64,000 nucleotides of DNA from contig NJBH01000006.1 in NCBI GenBank assembly GCA_005223125.1, forward strand, positions 97,507-161,506. The letters are read 5' to 3'. The stretch comes from Promethearchaeota archaeon Loki_b32. GTDB lineage: Archaea > Asgardarchaeota > Lokiarchaeia > Sigyniarchaeales > SOKP01. The notes under the pieces were generated by a model. That model was given only the letters and a program-made list of their open reading frames with translations. It was not told where the DNA came from and ran no database searches. Shown in pieces: positions 7,752-17,644 of this stretch (its first letter is position 1; every line of letters begins with the position of its first letter). The translations under genes were made by a program, and so were the position numbers.

Positions 7752-8860
7752 TGATGAGGGAAAATAAAATCACACAGTTAAAAAACCTGAAATTTAATAA
7801 AATAAGAGAAAAGGTTAAAGAAATAAAAACTGAATTATCTGAACAAGAACGTAGTGTGATTACTTACTCGAGAAATTTCACACTTTCTCTTTCAAACTAT
7901 TGTGTTAATCAGTGTGGATATTGTTATTATAATTATAAAATTCCTAAGCTAAATAGTGAAGATAATGTAATATTGCTTAGGAATGAGCAAATTGTGTCAT
8001 ATATTCAAGAAGCTCTTCAATATAATTGTAAAGAAGCCCTGATTATGTCTGGAGAACGCCCTGGAAGTTTTCAAGAAGTTAAAGAAGAATTGAAAAAAAG
8101 AAATTGTTCAGATTTTATAGAGTATGTAAAAAACGTTTGTACATATTTACTTGATTCTAAAATTCTACCTCATTCAAATTTAGGATTTTTAACTTATGAT
8201 GAATTAATGGATTTAAAAAAATACAATGCTAGTATGGGGTTGATGCTTGAGGGTACTAGCATGAAACTTTTTAAAAAAGGGGAAGTTCATGAACATTCTC
8301 CTGGAAAATTACCAAAAAAGAGAATAAAGCACATTACTGATGCCGGAAAATTAAAAATTCCGCTTACTACGGGATTATTGGTCGGTATTGGAGAGGTAAT
8401 TGCAGATATCATAGAAGATTTACATTTAATAAAAAATATCCATAAAAAATATGGACATATTCAAGAAGTTATTATTCAGAATTTTGTAAGGAAAGATAAG
8501 ATTCCATATCAACCTAAAAAGCCAATTGCCATCGAAGAGGTGCTAAGAATAACTGGAATAGCTCGAATTATTTTAGAAAATGAAATTGCGATTCAAGTTC
8601 CGCCTAACCTCATAGCTGGTTTTGAAAAGCATTTTCTCGATATGGGAGTTGATGATTTTGGAGGTATTTCTCCGTTTACATTAGATTATATAAATCCTAA
8701 AAAAATTTGGCCTCAAATTGATAATTTGAATAAAATTTGTAACGATAAAGGTTTTACACTCAAAGAGAGACTCCCTATATATGATAAGTTTGTAAATAAA
8801 GAAGGATTTTGCTCAGAAAATATTAAAAAAATAATTGATAATATAAATCTAGATGACTAA
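7751..8860 (+). CDS. cofG: Fo synthase subunit CofG
   Basis: TYSRN, CVNQCGYC, SMGLMLE, TTGLLVGIGE, HIQEVIIQNF, IQVPPNL, DFGGISP. Confidence 0.93.
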   Translation: MMRENKITQLKNLKFNKIREKVKEIKTELSEQERSVITYSRNFTLSLSNYCVNQCGYCYYNYKIPKLNSEDNVILLRNEQIVSYIQEALQYNCKEALIMSGERPGSFQEVKEELKKRNCSDFIEYVKNVCTYLLDSKILPHSNLGFLTYDELMDLKKYNASMGLMLEGTSMKLFKKGEVHEHSPGKLPKKRIKHITDAGKLKIPLTTGLLVGIGEVIADIIEDLHLIKNIHKKYGHIQEVIIQNFVRKDKIPYQPKKPIAIEEVLRITGIARIILENEIAIQVPPNLIAGFEKHFLDMGVDDFGGISPFTLDYINPKKIWPQIDNLNKICNDKGFTLKERLPIYDKFVNKEGFCSENIKKIIDNINLDD

Positions 8861-9983
8861 TTCGCAATTTTTTGAACATATTAAATCAAATATAAAAGCG
8901 ATTTTACAGAAGGCTTTAAATTCAGAGGAATTAAGCTCAGATGAAGCGCTAGAGTTATTAAAAGTAAAGGGAAAAGAATTCTTTGCCCTTCAGTATGTAG
9001 CTGATCAGATCTGCTTTGAAAAAATGCAAAATATTGTAACCTTCGTAATAAATAGAAATATTAACTTTACAAATATTTGCTATCAGCATTGTAAATTCTG
9101 TTCTTTCAGTTTGCCAGCAACCCACACTAACGCATTCTTACTCACTATTGAACAAATTAGTGAAAAAGTAATTGAGGCAAAAAAAATTGGATGTACTGAA
9201 GTTTGTATTCAAGGAGGTATAAATCCAGATTTAAAGTTTGAATTTTATTTAGATATACTTAAAATTGTTAAGAAAATAGATCCAAATATTCATATTCATG
9301 CTTTTTCTCCACAAGAATTATTTTACATGTCAAAATTGTATGAGAACTCAATAGAAGATACTTTAAAGGAATTAAAAAAAGCGGGATTAGATTCAATTCC
9401 AGGAACAGCAGCAGAGATTTTAGTAGATGATATTCGGAAAATTATATGTCCTAATAAAGTTTCTACTCTACAATGGATTAACATCATTACTACTGCCCAT
9501 AATTTGGGAATCCCAACGACATCGACAATAATGTACGGGCATATAGAATCATTAAATGATCGAGTTACACATTTAGATGTTTTAAGAGAAATTCAAAAAG
9601 AAACTAAAGGCTTTACTGAACTTGTACCTTTACCTTTTGTAAAAGAAAACCCTATGTTATCTAAACTTGAAGATTTTCCGTTAAATCCAACCTATGGAAT
9701 GGATGATTTAAAATTATTTTGTGTATCTCGGATATTTTTAAATGATTATATTGATAATATACAATGCAGTTGGGTAAAATTAGGTCCAAAATTTGCTCAG
9801 GTGTCTTTAAATTTTGGAGTAAACGATTTCTCAGGAACATTAATGGAAGAAAATATATCAAGAAGCGCTGGAGCAGAATTTGGTCAATATTTACCACCCG
9901 AAGAAATAATTAATATAGTTAAAGCTGCTGGAAAGAAACCTACACAAAGGGATACTCTATATAATATATTGAAATATTATTAA
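8853..9983 (+). CDS. cofH: Fo synthase subunit CofH
   Basis: NRNINFTNICYQHCKFC, PGTAAEIL, TIMYGH, NIQCSWVKLG, GTLMEENISRSAG. Confidence 0.93.
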   Translation: MTNSQFFEHIKSNIKAILQKALNSEELSSDEALELLKVKGKEFFALQYVADQICFEKMQNIVTFVINRNINFTNICYQHCKFCSFSLPATHTNAFLLTIEQISEKVIEAKKIGCTEVCIQGGINPDLKFEFYLDILKIVKKIDPNIHIHAFSPQELFYMSKLYENSIEDTLKELKKAGLDSIPGTAAEILVDDIRKIICPNKVSTLQWINIITTAHNLGIPTTSTIMYGHIESLNDRVTHLDVLREIQKETKGFTELVPLPFVKENPMLSKLEDFPLNPTYGMDDLKLFCVSRIFLNDYIDNIQCSWVKLGPKFAQVSLNFGVNDFSGTLMEENISRSAGAEFGQYLPPEEIINIVKAAGKKPTQRDTLYNILKYY

Positions 9984-9985
9984 AA

Positions 9986-11842
9986 TTAATGACTTTGTAG
10001 ATATTCTAGAATATAGCGTTGTGCTATTAGATCCGAATTAACCATACCCAAAACTTTTCCCTGTTCTACTACTGGCATTGCAGAAATTTGGTATTGCTCT
10101 AATTCACGAACTATGTCTATAATGGAAAAATCTGGAGATGCTATAACAACATCCTTAGTTATTACTTTATCAAGAATGACATCACAACTATTAGAGGCGA
10201 CCGCGGCAGTTATATCCCAATCTGTTACAACTCCTACAAGTTTGTTCTCAGAAAGTACTGCAATTATTCCACTTTTATTTTGTATCATTAATGCAGCAGC
10301 CTCCTGTATTTTACTTTTTACATCAATTGTTGGTATTGGAATCATTATGTCTTTTGCTGTACGTTCCCTTTCCTTAACAGTTAAACGTTGAAGACTGATA
10401 CGTTCAGCTGCCGTGCATGGAAGCATATCAGGGTGTGCTGCTAATAAATCAACTAATTCACTCATATTACGATGAATTACATCTTCCCTATATTCCTCAC
10501 CTGCTTTTAAACGTTGTTTTGAAAGCTCAATAAACTCTTTTGAATAACCTTTTAACCATTTTTCTACTGCTTTACGATCTCCTAATATTTCTTCCGGTAT
10601 TTGTAATTGATCCGGAGATTTAATGATATGTTCTTGAGCAGCAAAAATTACACCTCCAGAATTTACAAGGTAATCGTTAGCAATCATTACTCCTTTTTCT
10701 CCGTATACAATTTGCTCCATTCGAGTTCGTGCCGCCTTTCGATTAGGATCTGGAGAATAGGTATTTGCTCCTTCTATAATCACAACCCATTTTCCCATAC
10801 GATCCACGGTTATCGATGGATTTTCAGAAGCTCTTACACCTAGATAGTTGAATATTGGAGCTGCAGGAACTAAGCAAAAAGCATTTTCGAGAAGTAAATT
10901 ATTTCTATTAGTAGAAAATTTTGTAGGGTGTTTATATCCCTCTGAAAAAATCTTTTCTTTAAAAAAAATATTAGTAACTAAACGTTTTTCTTCCCATATT
11001 TTAAAAAGTTCCCTAATCGGTAACCCTGACTCATTATACAAATAGCCTTCCAAATCACTTACACCTATTACTTTAGCATCAGGAATTCTTTCATATAATA
11101 TACGTGCTGCATGAGCCCCAACAGCTCCGAAACCTTGAATCAAAATTTTAAGATCTTTGGTTTCTGGAATTTCTAAGTTAACAAATTGGGGAAGAACTCT
11201 TAATCTCGGCATTATCTCTAATAACGTTTGCAAAGCAATTACAACACCTCCTGCTGCTGCGCCGAGTTCATCAATCCGATTTCCTCCCATATCTGCAGGT
11301 TTAGAAAGAACACTATCTATACCATTCTCAATTGCAATGGTCTTCATATCAGCATCATTAGTACCAACATCTGGCCCTGGAAGATAAATATTACTATATC
11401 GCTTAATTAAGCGCGCAAAGCCACCAATTACTTTATCATGTTCCTCTAGCGAGAGATCTCTTTCAGCAACAATCCCAGATTTTCCACCACCATATGGAAG
11501 ATTAGCTGCTGCGTTTTTTAGCGTCATACCTCTAGCTAAATTATGAATATCTGAAGGTACTATATCTGGGAGCATTCTTATCCCTCCCATTGATGGAGAA
11601 CCCATAGACAGGTTGTCAACTACTAAATATCCCCCAATTTCTAACTCTGATGTTTCATCCCATAAGCAAGCAACAAGATGAGGCCCTAATTTATCAACAA
11701 CAATCCCGATTCGAGATAAAAGGTGCTCATCTATATTACTAAACTCTAAATAACATTTACCATTATCTTTTTTAAGTCGGGTTTTGAGCGTTGCTTCTGG
11801 GAGACGCTCATGAAGAAATGATTTCATTTTTTTTGGTATCAT
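9986..11842 (-). CDS. Glu/Leu/Phe/Val dehydrogenase fused to a C-terminal CBS pair
   Basis: GGIR, MTLK, GGGKSG, PGPDVGT, QGFGAVG, EGAN, NSGGV. C-terminal GVVTDWDI and MPVV CBS signatures. Confidence 0.88.
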   Translation of the reverse strand: MIPKKMKSFLHERLPEATLKTRLKKDNGKCYLEFSNIDEHLLSRIGIVVDKLGPHLVACLWDETSELEIGGYLVVDNLSMGSPSMGGIRMLPDIVPSDIHNLARGMTLKNAAANLPYGGGKSGIVAERDLSLEEHDKVIGGFARLIKRYSNIYLPGPDVGTNDADMKTIAIENGIDSVLSKPADMGGNRIDELGAAAGGVVIALQTLLEIMPRLRVLPQFVNLEIPETKDLKILIQGFGAVGAHAARILYERIPDAKVIGVSDLEGYLYNESGLPIRELFKIWEEKRLVTNIFFKEKIFSEGYKHPTKFSTNRNNLLLENAFCLVPAAPIFNYLGVRASENPSITVDRMGKWVVIIEGANTYSPDPNRKAARTRMEQIVYGEKGVMIANDYLVNSGGVIFAAQEHIIKSPDQLQIPEEILGDRKAVEKWLKGYSKEFIELSKQRLKAGEEYREDVIHRNMSELVDLLAAHPDMLPCTAAERISLQRLTVKERERTAKDIMIPIPTIDVKSKIQEAAALMIQNKSGIIAVLSENKLVGVVTDWDITAAVASNSCDVILDKVITKDVVIASPDFSIIDIVRELEQYQISAMPVVEQGKVLGMVNSDLIAQRYILEYLQSH

Positions 11843-12024
11843 AATATCAACCTATTGAAGGCAATTTCACTAGTAAAAGTATGATATATAAGTATAATAA
11901 TTATTTAAATTTCAACTCATTAACTTCTAATAAAATTTAGTTAATGCAATTTTTTATTGAATTAACAATTTTATTAATTATCTTATTAAAAATCAAAATT
12001 AATATTAAAATTATAAAGAAACAA

Positions 12025-12324
12025 ATGGTGGTTGTAATTCCAATAACCTTAATTGCTACAGTTCGAGTGAAAAATGGAAGTATGGAAAAGGCAATTGAAG
12101 CCTTAAAAGAAGTTGTACCTAAAATAAAAGAATCAGAACCAGGATGTTTACAATACATTCCTCACACAATAAAGGGAGAGGAAAATTCAATTATTTTTTA
12201 TGAAGTATATGCTGATTCTGATGCATTGAAACAACATAATAAAAATTTAGGTAAGAACATGGCAAAACTAGGTCCACTTTTAGAACCTGGAATCGATGTA
12301 AAGAAATGTCATGAAATTGTTTAA
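12025..12324 (+). CDS. Antibiotic-biosynthesis-monooxygenase (ABM) family protein
   Basis: EPGCLQY, FYEVYADSDALKQH. The upstream part of the track ORF (from 11944) looks like AT-rich non-coding sequence. Confidence 0.8.
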   Translation: MVVVIPITLIATVRVKNGSMEKAIEALKEVVPKIKESEPGCLQYIPHTIKGEENSIIFYEVYADSDALKQHNKNLGKNMAKLGPLLEPGIDVKKCHEIV

Positions 12325-12340
12325 TACATAATTTTTTTTT

Positions 12341-13912
12341 TTATTCATCTTGGATATAAGGTTTTCCAAAAAATATGCAAATTTCTGCTTTTTTCAATTC
12401 TCTACCTAAATAATTTAAATGATATACATCTTGCGTCAATTTAGATTGAATTATCTTTTTACTTAGTGCTTCAGAATTATCTCCAATAAAAGTCTGGAGT
12501 AAAATATCATCATTTGTATAGAAGAGAACATAAATTTTTCTTAAATAATGATTTACATAAATCCTAAAATAACCGTTTTCATCAGGAGTATATTCAGGAA
12601 TTAATTCATTTACTAATATTGCTCTTTTGTCATTAAATTTTGGTGTTTTTTCATTTATTTTTCCCTTGGCTCTGAAAACTGAAATGCCTTGATTTATAGG
12701 AGGTGTTTTTTTGTGTTTAGCTACAAAATTTAACTTTACACTTTCTTTTAGTTCTCTTACTCCTCCCATCAATTTTGTACTATGTTCAACAGTAAAAAGA
12801 ACGCCCATATCCTGCTCAATTGCAATACTTGCTAATAAGCCGTTAATTCCAACGGAATCTATATCCATTAGTTCAACTACGTTTGAGATTCCAAAAAATA
12901 AAGGGAGTTCAAAATTTTGATACTTATCTTCTGAAATTTTTTTTTTATATAAGAAATAAGTTTCTAATGAATTACAAATACCAGGAGTTATAGGAGTTTC
13001 TAATAAAGGATCAGCTATTAATTTTTTAAAGCCATTATTTTGCAATTCATTCGTCAGTTTAAATAAATTTTTAATACGTATTTCAGGATCTTTAGGAAAA
13101 TATGCTTCCTTAACATTAGTAGGAAGTATAACAATAGGAATGTTTTTGGGAAGATTTAAGAATTCCTTATAATTACCTAAATCCAAACTTAGAATTAGAT
13201 CAATATCTTCATCAACAGCGGCATTAATCTCATCGGAATCCATTGAATCAACACTAATTAAAATATTAAAATTAGACCTTACTAATTTAATAATCTCCTT
13301 TACTCTATCTGAATTTGGTTTATTAGAAACACAACCAATATCAATTATGTCTGCTCCAGAGCCTATATAGTGTTTAACTTTTTTGAGAATATTATAATCG
13401 CTTTTTTCTGTACAGTTCACAATTTCTGCTATAATTGGGGGTGGTAAATTTCTACCAATTATTATTTTAGACTTTTCTTCATTCAAGTAATATGTGTGAA
13501 AGCTTAATTGATCTTTTGCTAATTCTAACTGTTTCTTTACTATTTCAGAAAACTCACTTTCTCCTGAAATCTCCATTAATCTATTTGCTGGTATGGTATT
13601 AGATAATTCTAAATTCTCTAAATTTTTTAATATAGTTGGTATTTCAGATGCAAACTCGGGTCCTTTCCTAATTTTTATTGAATATTTATCTTCTAAATTC
13701 TTAGAATCCCACTGTACAAATCCAGGTATTAATACAATATCATAGTGAGAAATTTCTATTTGTTCTATTATCTTAGATGTTATAGATTCAGTAAGAAAAG
13801 CAGAAATTGTAATTGGTGCTTTTATAATATTTATATTATGCTCTTTAGAAGTTTTTGTTATCTTTTCTATTATATTATAGCTCTGTTGACCAGTAATTAT
13901 TAGAATTTTAAT
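12341..13912 (-). CDS. Dihydropteroate-synthase-like protein (methanopterin-associated, DUF4346-type C-terminus); true start probably ATT at 13912
   Basis: GADIIDIG, SVDS, ADP, NVVELMDIDSVG, HLNYLGREL. The frame stays open 112 codons upstream of the track ATG (13576) and encodes the family N-terminus KILIITG...LIPG...KGP...PA. Confidence 0.85.
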   Translation of the reverse strand: MKILIITGQQSYNIIEKITKTSKEHNINIIKAPITISAFLTESITSKIIEQIEISHYDIVLIPGFVQWDSKNLEDKYSIKIRKGPEFASEIPTILKNLENLELSNTIPANRLMEISGESEFSEIVKKQLELAKDQLSFHTYYLNEEKSKIIIGRNLPPPIIAEIVNCTEKSDYNILKKVKHYIGSGADIIDIGCVSNKPNSDRVKEIIKLVRSNFNILISVDSMDSDEINAAVDEDIDLILSLDLGNYKEFLNLPKNIPIVILPTNVKEAYFPKDPEIRIKNLFKLTNELQNNGFKKLIADPLLETPITPGICNSLETYFLYKKKISEDKYQNFELPLFFGISNVVELMDIDSVGINGLLASIAIEQDMGVLFTVEHSTKLMGGVRELKESVKLNFVAKHKKTPPINQGISVFRAKGKINEKTPKFNDKRAILVNELIPEYTPDENGYFRIYVNHYLRKIYVLFYTNDDILLQTFIGDNSEALSKKIIQSKLTQDVYHLNYLGRELKKAEICIFFGKPYIQDE

Positions 13913-14999
13913 CTAAATCACTCATCAGCTTTTCTTTTTCAAATGGTATAAAAATATCATCCAAGATTGAACCTGTAGCTTCTTTTATTTTTAAATTATC
14001 TATAATTGGTTCGAATCTTCCCCCTATGAGTCCATTGGCAATAAATGCCGCCCCTTGTGCAGCACGTTTAGAAATTTGACTAAAAGATTTCATTGTTCTG
14101 ACAGGAGCAATATCTTTTAATCCACGAATCATTTTTTCTCGAAAATATACTAAATCTGATCCTCTCCCTGCCAATAAAACTTCTTTTATTTTATCTTTAG
14201 AAGTAAAGGATGAAGATAGTCCAAATACTGCTTTTTTCACACTAGATAGGTAAGCTTTTAGAGCTAATTTTGTTTGATTGTCCTTCTTTGCGAGAAGGGT
14301 GATCTCTTTTAAACTCAAATTGGAATATCCAGAAATATATGCTACACCACCTTTATATATATTCTTTTTATGAATTGTTTTAATAAGATATGCTAGTTCT
14401 CCATCAAGAGATCCACATGCTCTAAATCCCATGATATTTGATCCTCCTATTCCATCAACAATTTGACCGTTTTCAATTGCCAAGACTGCTGTGAAACCAT
14501 ACCCTATCTCAACCATTATAAAATTTGTATCTTCTGGAGAGATTTTGAATCTTTCAATTTGATCTCTAATTCCAGTAACAGCTGTACAAATTTTATCTGC
14601 AGTACCCATATCAATTTTATTAATTTTTTGATGTCTAGGAACAGTAGTTAAATGCTTAACTCCAGGGACAATAATGCCAGCAATTTTTTGAGCTTTAATT
14701 AATCTTAGAACTTCTCCAAGACCAACCAACTTATTTTTTTCTTTCTGGTCAAATTTTAGTAATGTAAAAAAAATATCTTGTTCTGTTAATTCATGTACAT
14801 CTTTTAAAGGAAGCCCAAACCCACTTGGAGCGACCATTAAATCAATATCTTTTACAGAATTTATTATAGTTAAAGCTTTTTGAGGATCAGAAATTAATTC
14901 TGTAGTGGGTAATGAGGTATCTAAAATTATTTTGTCATCTTCTAGCCCGAAGAAATCCCAGCTCTTCGATCCGGGGTCTATACCGAGAACTCTATACAT
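13908..14999 (-). CDS. DUF1464 family ASKHA-superfamily kinase-like protein
   Basis: GIDPGSKS, APSGFG, DMGTADK, GQIVDGIGG, AAQGAA. Confidence 0.8.
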   Translation of the reverse strand: MYRVLGIDPGSKSWDFFGLEDDKIILDTSLPTTELISDPQKALTIINSVKDIDLMVAPSGFGLPLKDVHELTEQDIFFTLLKFDQKEKNKLVGLGEVLRLIKAQKIAGIIVPGVKHLTTVPRHQKINKIDMGTADKICTAVTGIRDQIERFKISPEDTNFIMVEIGYGFTAVLAIENGQIVDGIGGSNIMGFRACGSLDGELAYLIKTIHKKNIYKGGVAYISGYSNLSLKEITLLAKKDNQTKLALKAYLSSVKKAVFGLSSSFTSKDKIKEVLLAGRGSDLVYFREKMIRGLKDIAPVRTMKSFSQISKRAAQGAAFIANGLIGGRFEPIIDNLKIKEATGSILDDIFIPFEKEKLMSDLD

Positions 15000-15211
15000 C
15001 GATAATCAGACTTAATATATTAATACATTTTAAAAGATTCTATAATTCTTTTTATATTCTATTTTTTTTTAATAATTGCTTTTAACTGAATCTTTTTTTA
15101 GAATTAAAGTTAAAACTATAAAAATTGTGGAAATTTTTACTAATTTAATCTATACATGAAATCTTATACTAAGTTGTAAGATAAGAATTTAAAAAAAAGT
15201 GGTGAAAAAAG

Positions 15212-15742
15212 ATTATTGTTAAAGTTTTTGTATGTAAGATCTGTGGAGAAGCGTTTATTGGGGAAGAAGCTCCAAGTCGATGTCCTTTTTGTGGTGCATT
15301 TAAAAAGTATTTTGTAGAATCGACAGAGTATGATGATACTGGCGCGTGGGATGTCGAATTAAATGAAAAAGATAAAGCAAATGCTCAAAAAGCCTTAGAA
15401 GTTGAAGTATCAAATAATATTTTTTATAAATGTGCAAGTAAAAAGACACCAGAATTAGATGGTCAAAAAATATTTAAAATTCTTGCTAAGGTTGAAGCTG
15501 AACATGCATCAGTATGGAAAAAAATACTCAAACTAGACAAGGTTGAATATCCTAAATATGATAAATGTGTTGCAGAATATAAACCAAATTTAGAAGAATC
15601 TCATGCACGAGAAGATAGAGCTATAAAATTCTATGGTCAGGCTGCTGCTGAGGCTGAAAATGCACGAGTAAAGGAAATATTTAAAGCTTTTGTAGAAGTG
15701 GAAACAGATCATCTTCATCTCTCGGAAGCCAGACTTAAGTAA
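15212..15742 (+). CDS. Reverse rubrerythrin (N-terminal rubredoxin plus ferritin-like diiron domain), non-AUG start
   Basis: Not in the ORF track. The frame reads IIVKVFVCKICGEAFIGEEAPSRCPFCGA...ALEVE...KVEAEH...AREDRAIKFY...EVETDH...RLK-stop. GGTGA at 15201-15205 precedes ATT codons at 15212 and 15215. Confidence 0.88.
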   Translation: MIVKVFVCKICGEAFIGEEAPSRCPFCGAFKKYFVESTEYDDTGAWDVELNEKDKANAQKALEVEVSNNIFYKCASKKTPELDGQKIFKILAKVEAEHASVWKKILKLDKVEYPKYDKCVAEYKPNLEESHAREDRAIKFYGQAAAEAENARVKEIFKAFVEVETDHLHLSEARLK

Positions 15743-15894
15743 ATTGAGTTTTTACATTTTAGCATCAATTATTTTTTAAAAATTATTTAATTTTTTTACT
15801 ATATACCAAGTTCCCCTTTGTCAAGGATTTGAAATTGAAAACCTTATTATACATTTTATTTTTTTTTTAATTATTCTAATTAGGAGAAAATATT

Positions 15895-17403
15895 ATGCCC
15901 CAAAAACCGAATATTATCTTTATGTTAAATGATCATCAAGCTTTTTATGGTCATGGTAAGATGGTTGGAGGTCCAAAAATTCATAGGCCAAATATCGAAA
16001 GACTCGCTACTGAAGGAATAGAATTCACCCAAGCATATACTGCATGCCCATTATGTGGCCCAGCAAGGCGAACTATGCTTACTGGTTTGTTTCCTCATAA
16101 TCATGGTGAAATCAGGAATGAAACAAATCATAAATATGATAAAGAACTTTACTTAAATAGACTCGCAAAAGCGGGATACAAAAATTATTATTATGGAAAG
16201 TGGCACGCAGGGAGGGGTAGTGCCCTTGATTTTCAATGCAAAGGTTTCAGTAGTGGTTCTACATATGGGAATCCATATGCAACTCAAGAATATAAGGATT
16301 ATTTAAAAAAACATAATCTCCCTTTTATTCAAGTAAAGATACAAAATAATTTTTTAGGTCCTGAACACCCGTTTGCTAAAGCTCTTGATATTAAAGAAGG
16401 TGAACTTTATAATCCTATATTTCCTGTATTGTCTCAGGAATTTACAGGAATCATGACTACTCCTAAAGAAACCCATGAAGCTTTTTTTTTAGCTTCCCTA
16501 GCTTGTGAAAAACTGCTAGAAATCGCAGAACGTAATAAATCACACCCATTTCATTTACGTGTTGATTTTTGGGGACCTCATTTCCCATATTATGCGACTC
16601 AAGAATATTTAGATTTATATAATCCAACGAATATCCCTGAACTTCCCAACTTTCGGGATGACTTAAAAGATAAACCAGAGATCTATAAATTGAATCACCA
16701 TTATCCCATAAGTGAAAATGGTGAGTTATTATCTCCAAATCCATTACCTTGGTCAGAATGGCAAAAAGTTTTAGCACTTAATTATGCACAGCAATCTTTA
16801 ATAGATGAAGCAGGTGGAATGGTTCTTAATACATTAGAAGAGCTTGGCTTAAAAGATAATACACTTATTATTTGGGCAAGTGATCATGGCGATGCAGTTG
16901 GATGTCACGGAGGCCATTTTGACAAAGGTAGCTATATGCCACAAGAAATGGTCCGTATTCCAATGGTAATAAGTTATCCAGATTATATCCCTAAATGTAA
17001 AAAATATGATAAACTTGTTAGTAATCTTGATTTAGCCCCTACATTTTTAGATGCCGCTGGAATAGCTTTTAATGAGACTCTTGATGGTCAAAGTTTATTA
17101 CCTTTATTTACACAAAAAGATACTCAATGGCGTGAAGATTTGATGTGTGAAACCCATGGTCATTGGGATAATCATGTAGGCCGTTTAGTTGTGACGGATA
17201 GATACAAATATATTTGGAATGACGAGGATATGGATGAACTCTATGATTTGAAAAATGATCCGTTTGAGTTAAAGAATTTAATTCATTACAAAGAATATAA
17301 AGATATACTTGCCAATATGAAAACCCGTTTAAATAATTGGCGTCTAAAAACAGGGGATAACGTAAGAAAAAGTATGATAAAAGGAAAAAAATTAAGAAAG
17401 TAG
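15895..17403 (+). CDS. Cys-type sulfatase
   Basis: PNIIF..DH, CGPARRTMLTG (CxPxR), GKWH, SDHG, ELYDL..DP.E. Confidence 0.92.
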   Translation: MPQKPNIIFMLNDHQAFYGHGKMVGGPKIHRPNIERLATEGIEFTQAYTACPLCGPARRTMLTGLFPHNHGEIRNETNHKYDKELYLNRLAKAGYKNYYYGKWHAGRGSALDFQCKGFSSGSTYGNPYATQEYKDYLKKHNLPFIQVKIQNNFLGPEHPFAKALDIKEGELYNPIFPVLSQEFTGIMTTPKETHEAFFLASLACEKLLEIAERNKSHPFHLRVDFWGPHFPYYATQEYLDLYNPTNIPELPNFRDDLKDKPEIYKLNHHYPISENGELLSPNPLPWSEWQKVLALNYAQQSLIDEAGGMVLNTLEELGLKDNTLIIWASDHGDAVGCHGGHFDKGSYMPQEMVRIPMVISYPDYIPKCKKYDKLVSNLDLAPTFLDAAGIAFNETLDGQSLLPLFTQKDTQWREDLMCETHGHWDNHVGRLVVTDRYKYIWNDEDMDELYDLKNDPFELKNLIHYKEYKDILANMKTRLNNWRLKTGDNVRKSMIKGKKLRK

Positions 17404-17579
17404 AATTTTTTAATAAACTTCCTTATAATTCTCGGTATAATTGAATGAGAACCTTAAAGAGAAACTTTTCATTAATTTCTTTTATTTTATTAAAGTTAAT
17501 ATTCATTTTAGCAAAAATTTTTATTAAAAATAAATTGAAGTTTTAAAAACGGAGTTGATTTAAATAAAATTAGAAGAAG

Positions 17580-17601
17580 ATCTCTTAAATTATTAAGAGA
17601 T
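17580..17601. promoter_or_regulatory. Inverted repeat, candidate operator upstream of the glycyl radical enzyme
   Basis: ATCTCTTAA-ATTA-TTAAGAGAT with perfect 9-bp arms, directly before TTTAAAATTATATTTA. Confidence 0.4.
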
Positions 17602-17644
17602 TTAAAATTATATTTAATCATTAAGATTGAAAAGGTTGGAAAGA

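Noticed and set aside
11944-12024. Hydrophobic N-terminal extension of the ABM protein
   Set aside because: Translation of AT-rich promoter DNA; the domain starts at or after 12025.
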